Position numbers and translations under genes: made by a program. The notes under the pieces are model-generated. The model had not been told where the DNA came from. It saw only the letters and a program-made list of their open reading frames with translations, and did no database searches. From Sphaeroforma arctica JP610 (Eukaryota): DNA of 40,204 nt. Shown in pieces: positions 1 through 12,169 of the stretch (position 1 is the stretch's first letter; each line of letters begins with the position of its first letter). The DNA is taken from positions 29,919-70,122 of the forward strand of contig NW_014040089.1 in assembly GCF_001186125.1 (NCBI RefSeq), in the 5' to 3' direction.

Positions 1-120
1 ATATGTGTGTGTGTGTGTGTGTATGTATGTTCGATTAAATCATTTTGGTATATATATTGTGCATATGCGTCGTTGTATGTGTCGTTCTGTGTCTGTGTCT
101 GTGTGTTGCCATGTGTGTGT
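1..120. repeat. (TG)n-rich simple repeat
   Basis: tgtgtgtg runs. Confidence 0.8.
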
Positions 121-528
121 TGCCATCTTGGTATTTGTTTCACCTTCCACTCTTATACACATACGCGTATGTGAGACAATTTATCAGTGTTATATGAAAG
201 AATGAATTTGTTTGAATCATTGTTGAGTTTCCACGCTCTTGAATTCGGGAATTTTGCGACATATAAGCGTAAATTAAAAATCGCAATGTCCGACATCAGT
301 ACTTTCTATGACTATTGCTTTCTGTGTGCGTTGAAAATTATATATGCTACACCACAGTTCATCGAACTGTCCTATTTATATTTTTGTCGCAAGTAAGCGG
401 GAAAAAGTTGAATGTGACAATCTAGCGCAGTGCTTTTTGATGGACCTTATCAAGCAGATACCCCCACTTTTAGACCCTAGACGTCAGACCGAACCCCTAC
501 CCACATCTAAACCCTATCGCCTCCACAG

Positions 529-801
529 GACGATGACACACAGCCTCGCAGGCGCTCAATCAGTGACAGTGACGCCGACGACAACCCCGCCGACAAGCTC
601 AGTAATGCGGAACACGCACCCAGTGATGGCGAACAAGCCGCACCAGTCATTGATAGTGAGGATGATATTCCCATACGGATACCCAAGAAGAAGTCCAGTG
701 GCGCTAGTCGTAGTCCGAGCCCCCGCCGTAGCCGAAGCAGAAGCAGAAGCAGAAGCAGAAGCCGTAGTGGCAGTCCCAGGAATGCAGACGACAACGATCG
801 G
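529..801 (+). CDS. IWS1: IWS1 exon (acidic, with RS repeat)
   Basis: cag|GAC...CGG|gtgggt; DDDTQPRRRSISDSDADD...RSRSRSRSRSRSGSPR. An in-frame TAA at 508-510 requires the acceptor at 528. Confidence 0.8.
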
Positions 802-3800
802 GTGGGTGTCGGCTGAGTGGTTGTCTGTTTGCAATAGTATGCGTATGTGGTGTGCTTGCTTGTCGGCTGCCGTGTGTACTTGACAGATAGCACCTGCCGG
901 TGTGAGAGGATTGGTCGTGATCGTTGGAAGGTAAATCACACGTTTGGAAATAGATGCCGCGCTTGTGAGACATCTTATCATTTAATTTGTGTGTGACGGT
1001 TTGAGTTAATGTGGTAGGCCTGTTTCATCCGCAGGAGGGTACTAATGATATTGATTGGGCGGAGATCACACAGACAGGTGTGCGTAGAGAGAGAGTGCTC
1101 TGGATTCGACTCTGCACACAACCGTTTGTGCATGTTGGTGAATCTATGCGCTTGCTTAGTTTATGTAGCTTACGCATATTTGCTATCGACCCCAAACCCT
1201 ATCTCGAAACTCTAAACACCAAACCCAAAACCCATACCTACAGGCCGACAGTCCGCGCGACACGTCAAATGCATTGTTTGCAAGCGATGACGCAAACGAC
1301 TCAGACGACATGCACATTCCCAAGAAACGCAAAAAGGGCGACAGAGACGACGGCGACGCACACGGCAAGAAACGGAGGTTCAAGAAGGACAAGAAGGGAA
1401 AGAGAAAGGACAACCAACCCAAAACCATGGACAGGGACGCAGAGCATGTGGGCGATGACGGCCCTAAACGCAGTCCTTCGCCAGAGAAGGTGTGTGATGG
1501 GGGGGGGGGTTGTATGTGTGTGGGCGGGTGTGGGGTTATATGGTTGTGGGTGTATGGTGTTGTGGGGGGGACGTGTTTGTGTATTTATGCATCGCATAGA
1601 TGCCGTAATTTGCTTCTCCTTCACTGACCGTCTCCTGGAAAATGCCTATTACGATCCCTATTGTACTTATACTTTGTGCACAGATATCATAGCACTGTAT
1701 GTGGTGGTGTTCCGTTCGACGGGTCAACATGGACTAACTGAATGGTGATCATATAGCACACATATTAACGTAATGCATATACCCCTTTATTTTCCTCTCC
1801 CAATTAAACATATGCGTATCCCTACTTCACTTTGTAGGTACTGTCACACTTTGACCAAGTAATGGCGGACGAGCGCAGCAAGAAGCGGCACGTGACTGTT
1901 AATGAAGAGGCGGTGGACTCTCTTGTGGCCATGATGGTCGACGACATGGCAATGGCCGCACAGAACGACCGCGAGTGTGTTGTGAGGTGAGGGGTTCATG
2001 TTTGGGAATGTGATATAGGAACCGATGTATACGTATGTATATATATGTGCGTATTGATATGTATTTGTATGTGTGTATTGAAATGTATTTATATGTTTGT
2101 GTTTACGTGTGTGTATGTATATGTGTGTATTGATATGTATTTATGTGTGTGTTTTTGTGTGTATGTAAATGTGTGTATTTATATGTATTTATGTGTGTGT
2201 TTTGTGTGTGATTTATATGTATTTGTGTGTGTTTTTGTCTGTGCATGTATATGTGTGTGTGTATTTATGTGTGTATTTATATGTATTCATATGCGTGTGT
2301 ATGTATGTATATATATGTGCGTGTATGTGTGTATGTGTGTATGTATATGTGTGTGTACGTATATGTGAGTGTATTTTTGTGTGCATTTGTGAGTGTATGT
2401 ATGTGTGTGTATTTTTGTGTGTATGTATATATATATGTCATTTTTTATGTATATACGTATGTACATATGTGTGCGTGTAGGTATATGTATGTATTTGTGT
2501 GTTTTTCGTGTGTATATGTATATATATGTATGTGTGTATTTTTTGTGTGTATGTGTATATATGTATATGTGTGTGTTTTGTGTGTGCATGTATATGTGTG
2601 TGTGTATTTATGTGTGTATTTATATGTATTCATATGCGTGTGTATGTATGTATATATATGTGTGTGTATGTATGTGTGTATGTATATGTGTGTGTACGTA
2701 TATGTGAGTGTATTTTTGTGTGCATTTGTGAGTGTATGTATGTGTGTGTATTTTTGTGTGTATGTATATATATATGTCATTTTTTTATGTATATGCGTAT
2801 GTACATATGTGTGCGTGTAGGTATATGTATGTATTTGTGTGTTTTTTCGTGTGTATATGTATATATATGTATGTGTGTATTTTTTTGTGTGTATGTGTAT
2901 ATATGTATATGTGTGTTTTTTTTAGGTGTATATGTAGGTATGTATACTTTCCCAATTCGTATACGTCTATTGCTTTGTTTCTATTTGTGCCCAGTGTGTT
3001 TAAACGTTGCACGTTGAACTGTGTTATGAGGCCTACTGGTGGGGCCATCAATTGGGGGCGTGGAATGCCGACATAGGCTGATTTGCAGTACCATCCCATA
3101 TAGTGCACTTAGTTGTGTAGCTGATCTGTGCTATATGTGTGATGCATACTTTTCGACATATAAGTGTGTCCACACTACACCAAGTGTCCATTTGGCTCTG
3201 AATGGCACAGATCATCTATTGAGGTTTTTATGTAGATCTCGTGTGTGAGAGTGATGGCTTCTCTTATCACACAGCTATGGCTGCGTAGAACAAGCGGGAG
3301 TATGACATAAAGTACTGAGTATGCATTCACTATACGGCACATGTGTGTGTAAGAGACTGGCTTTTAGTCAGAGGGCCCCCATTCAGAATGTATTTCTTCG
3401 TTGCAATCCCGAAACCTTATTTTCTGCGAATTAAACGTAGAGGATCATGTATGATAGTCAGTAGTTGCTTGCTCCGTGATACAATATATGTCGCTTAATT
3501 GTCGCATGAGTCATCAACAGTCCGTGTGCATATCCCATTTGATTCGCATATTTACATCCGGCAGGTATGCAATCGATGCTGGCATCGATGTTTGTTGCAT
3601 TGCCATTCGAATCTTGTACACGTAATAGTATTTGCCGTGATATATATTTACTTCTCTTCCTACTTACATTTATTCTGTCACATATCGATACTAAATATCA
3701 TGCCCGTACATGTACATGCATACAATACTAAATATCATGCCCGTACTTGTACATACATACAATACTAGATATCATGCCCGTACTTGAACATACATACAAT

Positions 3801-6800
3801 ACTAAATATCATGCCCGTACTCGTGCATACATACAATCACCCATCAAAGGGGTGAGTTAGCAATGAACAAGTTACTTAAGCTGAACGATGTGATTGAGGA
3901 GTTGAGTATCAAAAGTGCTGGCAAGAAGAACGACCACGCGATGTCCAGACAGGAGAATTACATTGACAACGGCGTGCTCATCGCTATGAAAGCCTGGCTC
4001 GACCCCCTCCCCAATAAAAAGTATGTTTCTGCGCGTGTGTAGTGTCCACATATGGGGGCACGTGTAGGTTGTAGTAAGAGGTGTGATTGGGTGTGCGTGT
4101 GTAGTGTCCACATATGGGGGCACGTGTAGGTTGTAGTAAGAGGTGTGATTGGGTGTGCGTGTGTAGTGTCCACATATGGGGGCACGTGTAGGTTGTAGTA
4201 AGAGGTGTGATTGGGTGTGGTGCTAGAGTGCAGGGGGGTGCATGCGTTCGAGGCTGTATATATACGTTGGCGCCGGCGTGCACATTGCGTTGAGGTCTGA
4301 GTGAACGTACTCCCGTTCCAAATTTATTGGGCGAGTAATTCGAAGGACTATTTGGTGTACCTTTCAGTAACAATGCTAAAATCTTTGTTAAGGCATTAGC
4401 CTGCAGGGTTTAGGGTTTGATTGCTGGCGTGAGATAAGCTGATCGCATGCGCAATTACATTCTTGTTTGTCGAAATGGTTGCCAGAACACTGCCACGTGT
4501 ATGCATACACACTCACGAAGACCTCAAGCAATATCCCACACCCTCGCACACTGATTTATAAATGGAAGTAGTTACTGCCAACCTCCTTGACCTTGTGTGT
4601 GTCCATTTTTTTAGACTGCCACACGAGAAGATCCGTCGAGAATTATTAGCCATCCTCAAGGACATGCACCTGGAAAACCAGAGAGAGAATCTCAAGTCCA
4701 GTGGCATCGGCAAGGCGGTGATGTTCCTCTCCAAACACCCGCACGAAACGGCTAAGAACAAACAACTATGCAACGAACTCATCAACACCTGGTCCCGACA
4801 GGTGCGCACTTTCCCTGTGCGCCGCTGTTGATTTGGCGTTTGTGTGCCGTGCGGGGCGTTCGCATGTGTTGTCAGACTTGAGAGTGTTTTCGTGATGTAG
4901 AGGTTTTGTATGGATGAAATGAGATGTGTAGTACTTCAAATGGCCTCTCGATAGAATACTGACAATCGTCCGTGAACCTCTATCGCCGGCGGATGCAAAG
5001 ATAATAGCTAACAATTACATGAACATACTAACATATACACATGAAGCTTTGTTCCTTATACATGCACTTCCTTAAATAATGGAATTGCCAAATGCATTCC
5101 AAAAAACTAGGTCTTTTTGTGGAACGTATATCGTTGGGCGCTTAACAATTCACCGCCACTTTGGGGATCCCATTTATGAGTATATATAAAGTATATATAA
5201 CTGTGGTGTGGCGTCTATACCAGCACTCATGTCGAGGGATGTACAATTGTATATGAAGATACAGACCTGTCCTTACCGTATGACTTGTCTGTCTGTACGT
5301 AGGCGCTCATGCACATATTTTTTACCTTCTCACAGATTGCTGGGCTCTCCACAGACTATCGGAACTTAAATAAAGAAACGCGGAGAGAGATGTTGTTGCA
5401 AGAGAAGGCGCAGTTGGAAGAACGCAAACGTATAGCAGCCGCCAGTGGCAGGAAGATTGTGGTCAGAAAATCACTAAATCAACCCGTGGCCACGGTCGTG
5501 AATAATGACTTGGACGAAGCTATGTCAAACAATGAAAAGTATGTGGGCGTGTGTATGTTATCTATACACTTGTCAATCTTTGCACCGCATGTGACTGTGA
5601 GTCTGGTTACATATGACCAATGATGGATAGTACGCCAATGTTGAGTCTGTATAGATATTTCTACTATTGAAAACCATGTAGATGCAAGTGTATTTGGGTT
5701 TGTATATAGCTCTGTATTTGTGCGTGGGCATTTGCTTATACATGTGTGGGCGCTTGTGTAGAAGCCTTGCTGGATGTATGGACATGAATTAGGCTTTCCC
5801 TTGCTACACGTGTTAAATTTGCGTAGGCGTACTCTGACGCGCTGATTGTAATGTATATGACTGTACACATGAGCATATATTCTACACCTGATTTTACCGA
5901 ATTGTATAGTTATTGCATGTTTGATATATGTACTACTGTCTCCTCGTATGATGATTTATAATACTCTACACATACTTCGAAGTGATCACCTATTGATGGG
6001 CACTTGCTATGTCAGGCTTAAGCATTCGTGCAGAAAAGCTCGTCTTTCTCTGCATAGCAGCGGTGACCGCAAATAACAGTAACAATCACATGTATCTGTC
6101 TAGCATATGGCCATCACAATATCGTGGATTCAAGAATGCTAGATGAGGAAAGTTTGGCGTCGCTCGAGCATATATCGAGTTGATTGTGATGGATTGCAAA
6201 TGCTGCTTCACCACGCGTCTGTGCCTTAATGTGCTTTTTTTTTTAGCCCCAACGCCATTTACTTAGCATCGCTTGCCGCGCACTCCGTTGTAATTTCATA
6301 TGGAGATAAATACCATCCAGATATTTTGTTGGCGAACACCCAGTTTCACTTGCCATTGTGTCGAAGCATTTAGTCACTTAGTAAATACGAACGTTGATAG
6401 CAGAGCACTTCATGGACAACACCTAGTGGCATGAGTTGGCTCGTGCTCTGTTACGTGTTCATTTTTGATTCGTCTATCTGGTTCACCTCCGCATTCGTCA
6501 AACTCGGATTCCTGATTTTTTTTTACATTTACATTTCTGACCTGCACTCGATATATCTGTCTGTACACCTTTGTCTCCGCTTAAGACTCCTATCCTATCT
6601 GTACCATCTCAGGAAACTGAGGCCCGGAGATAAAGGTTGGCGACGACATGCCACAGTTCCAAAACCGGTTCAGAGAGATTACCTTATTAGTCCCAGTAGT
6701 AGGATAGTCCATGAGGTGTGTGCCATTCGCGAGTGTACCGTGTCTATATCGGTGTATGTATGTGCAGTTCCCATTTCTATTGTCAATTATATGTCTGTAT

Positions 6801-7317
6801 ATGCGGACAGCTTTCATAAGGCTTTCGAGCAGCTTCGGGGAGTTACCATCACTCTTCTGTTATTAGTGATCTGGTCTCTCATTGACAACCTCGCATTAAG
6901 TTGGGTACCTGTCATCGCGAATGCAGAGGGACACATACATCAGCATTTCGTGCCACAAGTTTCTGGTCTTAGTCTTTCCCTGTCGTGTACACCACGCCTC
7001 ATATCCAATGTAGCTGATTTGAGTTGCTCATGGAGCTATATCGTCCTATTTGCTGAACCTCAGTCGCCTTGTAATACTTCTCAAGCACCCTTTAAATAAT
7101 GCGTTCAGTATAAGTGCGCAATACATTTGGTTTACGAGAGTGTTCTCATTCAGATGTCCCTCGTCCGTTCATATTTGGTATACATCAGGAGTCATCTGCA
7201 GCACCAGTTAAGAAGGGTTCGAGTCGAGCGTCACAAATTGTTAAGAAACAGAAAGACAAAAAGAATAAGATGGGTAGCCTTCATCACATGTCTATCGAAG
7301 GCCGTGGCCTAAATTGA
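529..7317 (+). CDS. IWS1: Transcription elongation factor IWS1/Spn1 (TFIIS N-terminal/LW domain); spliced, >=8 exons, 5' exon(s) unresolved
   Basis: Exons 529-801, 1244-1489, 1838-1986, 3850-4020, 4615-4801, 5336-5538, 6613-6715 and 7189-7317 have AG/GT borders and matching phases (1461 nt, 486 aa + TGA). IWS1 motifs in the translation: acidic/Ser-rich N-terminus; [110 protein letters not shown]; C-terminal SIEGRGL. Confidence 0.95.
1244..1489 (+). CDS. IWS1: IWS1 exon (Lys-rich, NLS-like)
   Basis: cag|GCC...AAG|gtgtgt; ADSPRDTSNALFASDDANDSDDMHIPKKRKKGD...KRSPSPEK. Confidence 0.85.
1838..1986 (+). CDS. IWS1: IWS1 exon
   Basis: tag|GTA...AG|gtgagg; VLSHFDQVMADERSKKRH...[21 protein letters not shown]. 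Confidence 0.88.
2025..2945. repeat. Intronic TG/TA compound microsatellite containing a ~340-bp tandem duplication
   Basis: Unique landmarks recur ~340 nt apart (gtgcatgtatatg at 2241/2584; gtacatatgtgtgcgtgtagg at 2461/2801). The many C/V/Y/M-rich ORFs here are artefacts. Confidence 0.9.
3687..3836 (+). repeat. Intronic minisatellite, 37 bp x4
   Basis: Unit aatactaaatatcatgcccgtacttgtacatacatac, ending just before the exon acceptor. Confidence 0.95.
3850..4020 (+). CDS. IWS1: IWS1 exon (start of TFIIS-N-like domain)
   Basis: aag|G...AA|gtatgt; ELAMNKLLKLNDVIEEL...[20 protein letters not shown]. Confidence 0.9.
4033..4219 (+). repeat. Intronic minisatellite, 62 bp x3
   Basis: agtgtccacatatgggggcacg... 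at 4041, 4103 and 4165. Confidence 0.95.
4615..4801 (+). CDS. IWS1: IWS1 exon (TFIIS-N/LW core)
   Basis: tag|A...CAG|gtgcgc; [62 protein letters not shown]. Confidence 0.95.
5336..5538 (+). CDS. IWS1: IWS1 exon
   Basis: cag|ATT...AA|gtatgt; [19 protein letters not shown]... Confidence 0.9.
6613..6715 (+). CDS. IWS1: IWS1 exon
   Basis: cag|G...GAG|gtgtgt; [29 protein letters not shown]. Confidence 0.9.
7189..7317 (+). CDS. IWS1: IWS1 last exon
   Basis: cag|GAG...TGA; ends MSIEGRGLN*, the conserved IWS1/Spn1 C-terminal SIEG motif. Confidence 0.9.
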   Translation, partial: ESSAAPVKKGSSRASQIVKKQKDKKNKMGSLHHMSIEGRGLN

Positions 7318-7327
7318 GATATTTACA

Positions 7328-7333
7328 AATAAA
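7328..7333 (+). terminator. Polyadenylation signal AATAAA of IWS1
   Basis: AATAAA 11 nt after the stop codon. Confidence 0.55.
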
Positions 7334-7549
7334 GTACAATGGTATATTCGCAAGTTTGAAAGTGTTGTCATTAATGTATCTCTAGAACTACACTTGGAAT
7401 TATACGCGTATATATGGGCCTTAACCGCCGACAGTATTCTTCCGTTATTACCCAATCCTGACAAACTAGAGATAGCTCTTATAGGCTATAACAGTTTATT
7501 AAAGACAACCTTCTCCACAATGTTCATTCAAGAACGCGCATTGGCGACA

Positions 7550-7551
7550 CA

Positions 7552-7597
<46 letters not shown>

Positions 7598-7618
7598 TGT
7601 ATGTATGTATAGTATGTG

Positions 7619-7658
<40 letters not shown>

Positions 7659-7729
7659 TATAGGTATTATATTAATATATATANNNNNNNNNNNNNNNNN
7701 NNNTATATATATATATATATATATATATG

Positions 7730-7760
<31 letters not shown>
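7550..7760. repeat. (TA)n microsatellite spanning an assembly gap (N 7684-7703)
   Basis: Directly visible; true gap length unknown. Confidence 0.95.
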
Positions 7761-7762
<2 letters not shown>

Positions 7763-9374
7763 TGTGGGGCTCATGCTATCAATGTATTCCACCCTGAGTA
7801 GTTCTTAGTAAGAGTGTGAAGTCTTGATAAGTGAACTCGGTCAGAAGTGCTGTACTGGACGGCGTGTCTACTCTATTTCTTTCTCACGTTCCTGGAAAGG
7901 ACTAGATTTTATCTACTAGTGACGGGTTTGTGAAAAAGATGACTTCCGGTCCTAGGATATATCCTCGTAGAGCACTTTGTCCACGCCCATCCGGTATATT
8001 GAACTCGGTTTTACATTGGATCCGTCCGCTGGACCCTTCTTTGGTTCATTCACCAAATCACAACTAGATTTCTTGCAATATGACACAATATCTCCCCTCA
8101 ATGCCTTACAAAAGTACGTCCCGACGGCAGATAAAATTCCTTCACATTCACGTCCTGTATTAAGGCGAACATTTAGGCATAAACGCATATATCGAATACA
8201 AAAACATTGAGCACACGCACCAGCCTTTGCTTCTTTATGGACGGTATTAACACTCGCCCTCCTAACACTCTCATGAGTGTCACCGATATTGTAGGCGCCC
8301 TCTGAATGGCCAAATCTTTACCACTACAAGCTCAATCTCCCCTTCAGTCTAGGCAGCTCCCCACCCTTGAACGAAACTCTCGCTGCAGTCCTAGGCTAGT
8401 CTCTGAGACAGGAAAAACTATTCTTCGCTCGCTCTGTGAAGAATTCGACATCACATCTCAGACCTCTGGCTCATTTGTTGACGTTGAGCTATCCTATCAC
8501 TTCGACTATGTCAGATTTCCCAAACCCTAGAGCCCTCTGCATATTTAGGGCCGTTCCACCACACACACTTTGGAGAACAAGAAAAATAACTTTTGGCCCT
8601 CGATTTGTTTGGGTTTGGTTAGGTTTGGATATTCGAATCTCAATTCCATCCCCTGGAGCGCATGTAGACAATCCATAGTATGCGTCAATCGTGAAGGTCA
8701 AGGATACATAGTCAGCAGTCCCGAGCTGGATCGGGTTATGCCGTTTTTTAAATTGGATAGTTTATCTTGGATGGCAAGATATATCTTTTAACATCTGTTC
8801 CGTCTCAAAAAAAATACATAGGCCGAATCATATCGGTCCGTCAACCGTCATATAAAAGCAATCTTATGTCGAATGCAGTCCAAAAAGGAAAATTGACGAG
8901 GAAGAAATCAAAAATCGACCGAAAAGACGAAAAGATATATTGCGACTGGAGTAGGAAAAAGTGGACACGTTCAGCGTTCAGTGTTATTGAACAAACAATC
9001 ATAATAGCAAGAGAATGAGAGAAAATTCTATCGGAAAGTAAATTAGTTGGAATATGTCAATACGACATAGTAGGGTAACAGTCACAATCGCGCAACGTCA
9101 CCGTGCGCCGTGCTGCAAATGTATCCATAAGAAACAGCTTATATAAAAATTCGTATACGAATTAAGTATAAATATTCATACATATATCAAGAATATTTAA
9201 TCAAATTGATACAAGCGTACTGGGAAACTACACGAGACACCAAACTCGTGCTTCACACATCAAAGTTGTAAGGTGCTTCAGTGTATCTTTACGGAATTTA
9301 TAATAGAAAGTTCAGGTACGAATTCGTAGTCTATAGTATTATGTGTGACTGGGGGTCCCTCTGTTGTCCATGAT

Positions 9375-10173
9375 CAGTGGCGAGATGCGCTTTCTATGAG
9401 TAGAGAAGAGTTGATAGTAGAGCTAAAAAGTTACAATTTAAGCTAGTCTGTAATAACCGGGCCTCCACATTAGACTCTATGTTATAAACGTACTCTTAAG
9501 CAGTACGTATACTAAAAAAGTACTCTTAATAGAACAAGGAACTTAAATTTCCTAAATGGTTTTTAATGTATTTATTAATTAATACCTTTTCCATTCTACA
9601 TATCAGATGTTTGGATGAAGGCCATTAAAAGGCCCGATTAAAATGCCAAAGATAGGATTTGGAATAGTTTTAGTAATATAACTATATTTACTTTCCAACT
9701 TTATTTATATCTGAATACCTCGGTAGCGAGATGGCTCAACCGAATATAGGTTTCTAGGGACTATTAACGTTATCTAGTTGATCCTCCGATCAGCCAACCA
9801 GATGTGCCAGTCTGATGAAGGCTAAGTCGGTAATTCTTGATAAGTGGCAAGTTATTGGTTAAGACAATAGCTAAGGACATCAAGAGTATTTTTATTTTTA
9901 TTTTTTATTTTCTAAAGATAGGATTTTATGAGTCTCTCAGATTCACCCCAACGAAACATACCATAATTTCTAATAGAGCGACAACGAAACACTAAATAAA
10001 ATGCCTTCGGCGAGAACAGTACTGAGAGGATTATATATAGGCAATGTCTCAGACTCACAATCCCTCAGAGTATTGCTGTTTTCACGAGGCATACCTAACT
10101 TTACCAAAAGACTCATTTCGTTTATTTACTTCGAATTTCACGATACTTAGACTTAACCTAAGCGTTTAATTAC
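9375..10173 (+). mobile_element. Probable solo/relic LTR (~800 bp) truncating the P-element transposase
   Basis: The 5' part (gatgcgctttctatg...tacaatttaag) and 3' part (gatacttagact) resemble the termini of the solo LTR at 16678-17273. AT-rich, with no ORF of >=60 aa. The transposase reading frame breaks off at ~10175. Boundaries approximate. Confidence 0.5.
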
Positions 10174-10175
10174 TC

Positions 10176-12169
10176 TAAGGCGTTAATATCGCCTTGATAT
10201 ACCGAATCTTCAGAAGGAAATGCAGCTTTTTTTAGATAATCTGCAATTCGTATATGCCCCCTCTTTTTCTTGGGCTGTGTACAGGTTTTCGATATCCTTC
10301 TATCGAGTAGTGTCTGCAGGAATCAGTACAGTCCCATCCGTATCCAGAAGTGCTGGGTATTTGACCTCCTTCCTATGTGCCAGTCGCCAACAATTGCGGA
10401 AGTTCTTGTATTCGTAAACATAGCAGAAGGCCAAATGAGTGCGGACCTTGCTATTCGGTATGTGTATATTTTTAGATAATCGCTCGTCATAGGCCTTTTG
10501 AGACCATGCATGCATATCTTGTTCTGATATTTGTAAATCAGAATTATACTTAACACTCAATCTTGCAAAAGTACTCCGGTTTGTCGCATGTGCATCTGTT
10601 CTAACCAGAATTGGACTGCCGCCCATTTTTATACACTATCGCAACCCTCGCTCCACAATGTTGACGTAATACTTTGCATCCGATGAGGCTGTTGGTATTG
10701 CGAGTAGGGTGTTGTTTTGGTCATTCATCACACCGGACATAGTCACACAACAAATGTGTGTGGCCGGTTGTGATGGTCGATTGTGTGCAAATCCTAGAAT
10801 CTGGCCATTTTGTATTGAAGCATACATATACTTTCGATGTCATCAACATGTATGTATCTGAGAGAGTCTATCAGTCTTGTTTGATCTTCTCCAAATTGCT
10901 TTATGAACCATGTGCTCAAACCCCCATTGTCTGTTCGTAGTTTGAACAATCTGTTGAGTACTTCTGTATGTGCGCTTTCTTAACCTAAACTGTAGATGGA
11001 GTCGACAGGTAGTGTAGTGGCAATGTATTGATCACTACTCGGCAATTAAATTTGTTTGTTGTCCGTGCGAATGAATTTGTAAGCGCCTGGTGCGCTACTA
11101 TATATATGTTGACCAAACATCATGGTCCTCCCTTGATACCTGCAGCCTCTTGACTGCGTGTTCGCTATACGAGTTTATTCTGCTAAGAACTGCAAGTTAG
11201 GAATATAGTCTCGACTAACATGTGCACTAGTAAGACAGTATTGTACAGATCCTGCATGCACACTACCTTCGTTCACGCCATCATAATCCGCCGATAACTT
11301 CGCAAGAGATTCTGCATAGCTCTCTAGCTGATTGGCAATTTGTTTCAGGTCAAGTTGCAGGGTCGAATAGGTCATACGATATATGTATTGTATTTAATAA
11401 AGCTGTAAACTCTGAAAAACTACGGACTCATCGTATATACTTATTACTACGTTCATACACAATAGTTGTAGTGTATAGAGGCGAGTCTGAGATATTCACC
11501 AGTGATCCTACGGATTTGTGACGATACACACAGACTGATAGGTCCTGTTTCACGAGTATTGCGTATGTGACAGATATTGGAACTGGAGAAGCTGCAATTC
11601 TTAATTGAATAACCTTGTAAAATTACATGTCATTTCTCTCATCTGCCTTCCATTCAGCATGCTCATCGATCAGCACATCACGTAATTCTTTGACATCGCG
11701 TACCAAATCTTCCTCTCTCTCTCGCGCTCGAATTTATTCTTCGGTCATTAACATAATTGTTTCTTGATTTCTCTGTCTCTTGGCTCGAGCTATGTTACGA
11801 TTATGACGTTCATGGTCGATGGCTAAACTTCGTACATGTGTGCTCTTCGGGAATTGCAGTGATGGAACTGCATTCTGCTTTAGCCTGTGCTTTGGATTGG
11901 GATTGAATCCTCTTTTTCTGTTGGCGTGTTTGATAAAGTCTTCTTCCGTTAGCAAGTGGAAGTCTTCATCCCTAAAGTGATTGCTACAGTAGTATCTCGG
12001 AACACAAGTACCTTTCGACGATACTGTAGTGAAATAATCCTTTGGCCAAAGCACTGGATAGGCGTGCGTCCACTGGTAGAACAAAGTCGTCATTCGGCGG
12101 GAATCGATAAGTATAGGTATGGTCAAACCCAGTTCCTGAGCAGCAACCATCCACGACACAGTTAACCAT
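10176..12169 (-). pseudogene. THAP-domain P-element-superfamily (THAP9-like) transposase, degenerate
   Basis: THAP zinc finger after removing one extra base at 12083-12085: MVNCVVDGC...YRFPP...QW...CSNHF...LKQNAVPS. Then a coiled coil; a HTH-like block RYQGRTMMFGQHIYSSAPGAYKFIR...LPS; catalytic-type blocks IHVDD..GQILGFA and LVRTDAHATNRSTFARL; the K-x-x-RN block FCYVYEYKNFRN; and the start of the GTP-binding insertion DIENLY..EK...LSKKAAFP. Several stops and frameshifts; no TIRs found. Confidence 0.85.

Noticed and set aside
286..298. ATG TCC GAC ATC as IWS1 first exon
   Set aside because: MSD is a plausible start, but the nearby GT donors (299, 393) are not in phase 0 with the exon at 529. 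Start left unresolved.
344..883. 179-aa ORF with AEAEAE repeat
   Set aside because: It is an alternative frame of the IWS1 exon at 529-801; only the RS/acidic frame splices in phase with downstream exons.
2045..3108. Many 100-200 aa ORFs rich in C/V/Y/M or H/T/I
   Set aside because: They are translations of an intronic TG/TA microsatellite.
3687..4219. CRISPR-like array
   Set aside because: Contiguous tandem units without unique spacers, in eukaryotic introns; no cas genes.
6431..7099. 222-aa hydrophobic ORF as a separate membrane protein
   Set aside because: It is open intron sequence around the IWS1 exon at 6613-6715.
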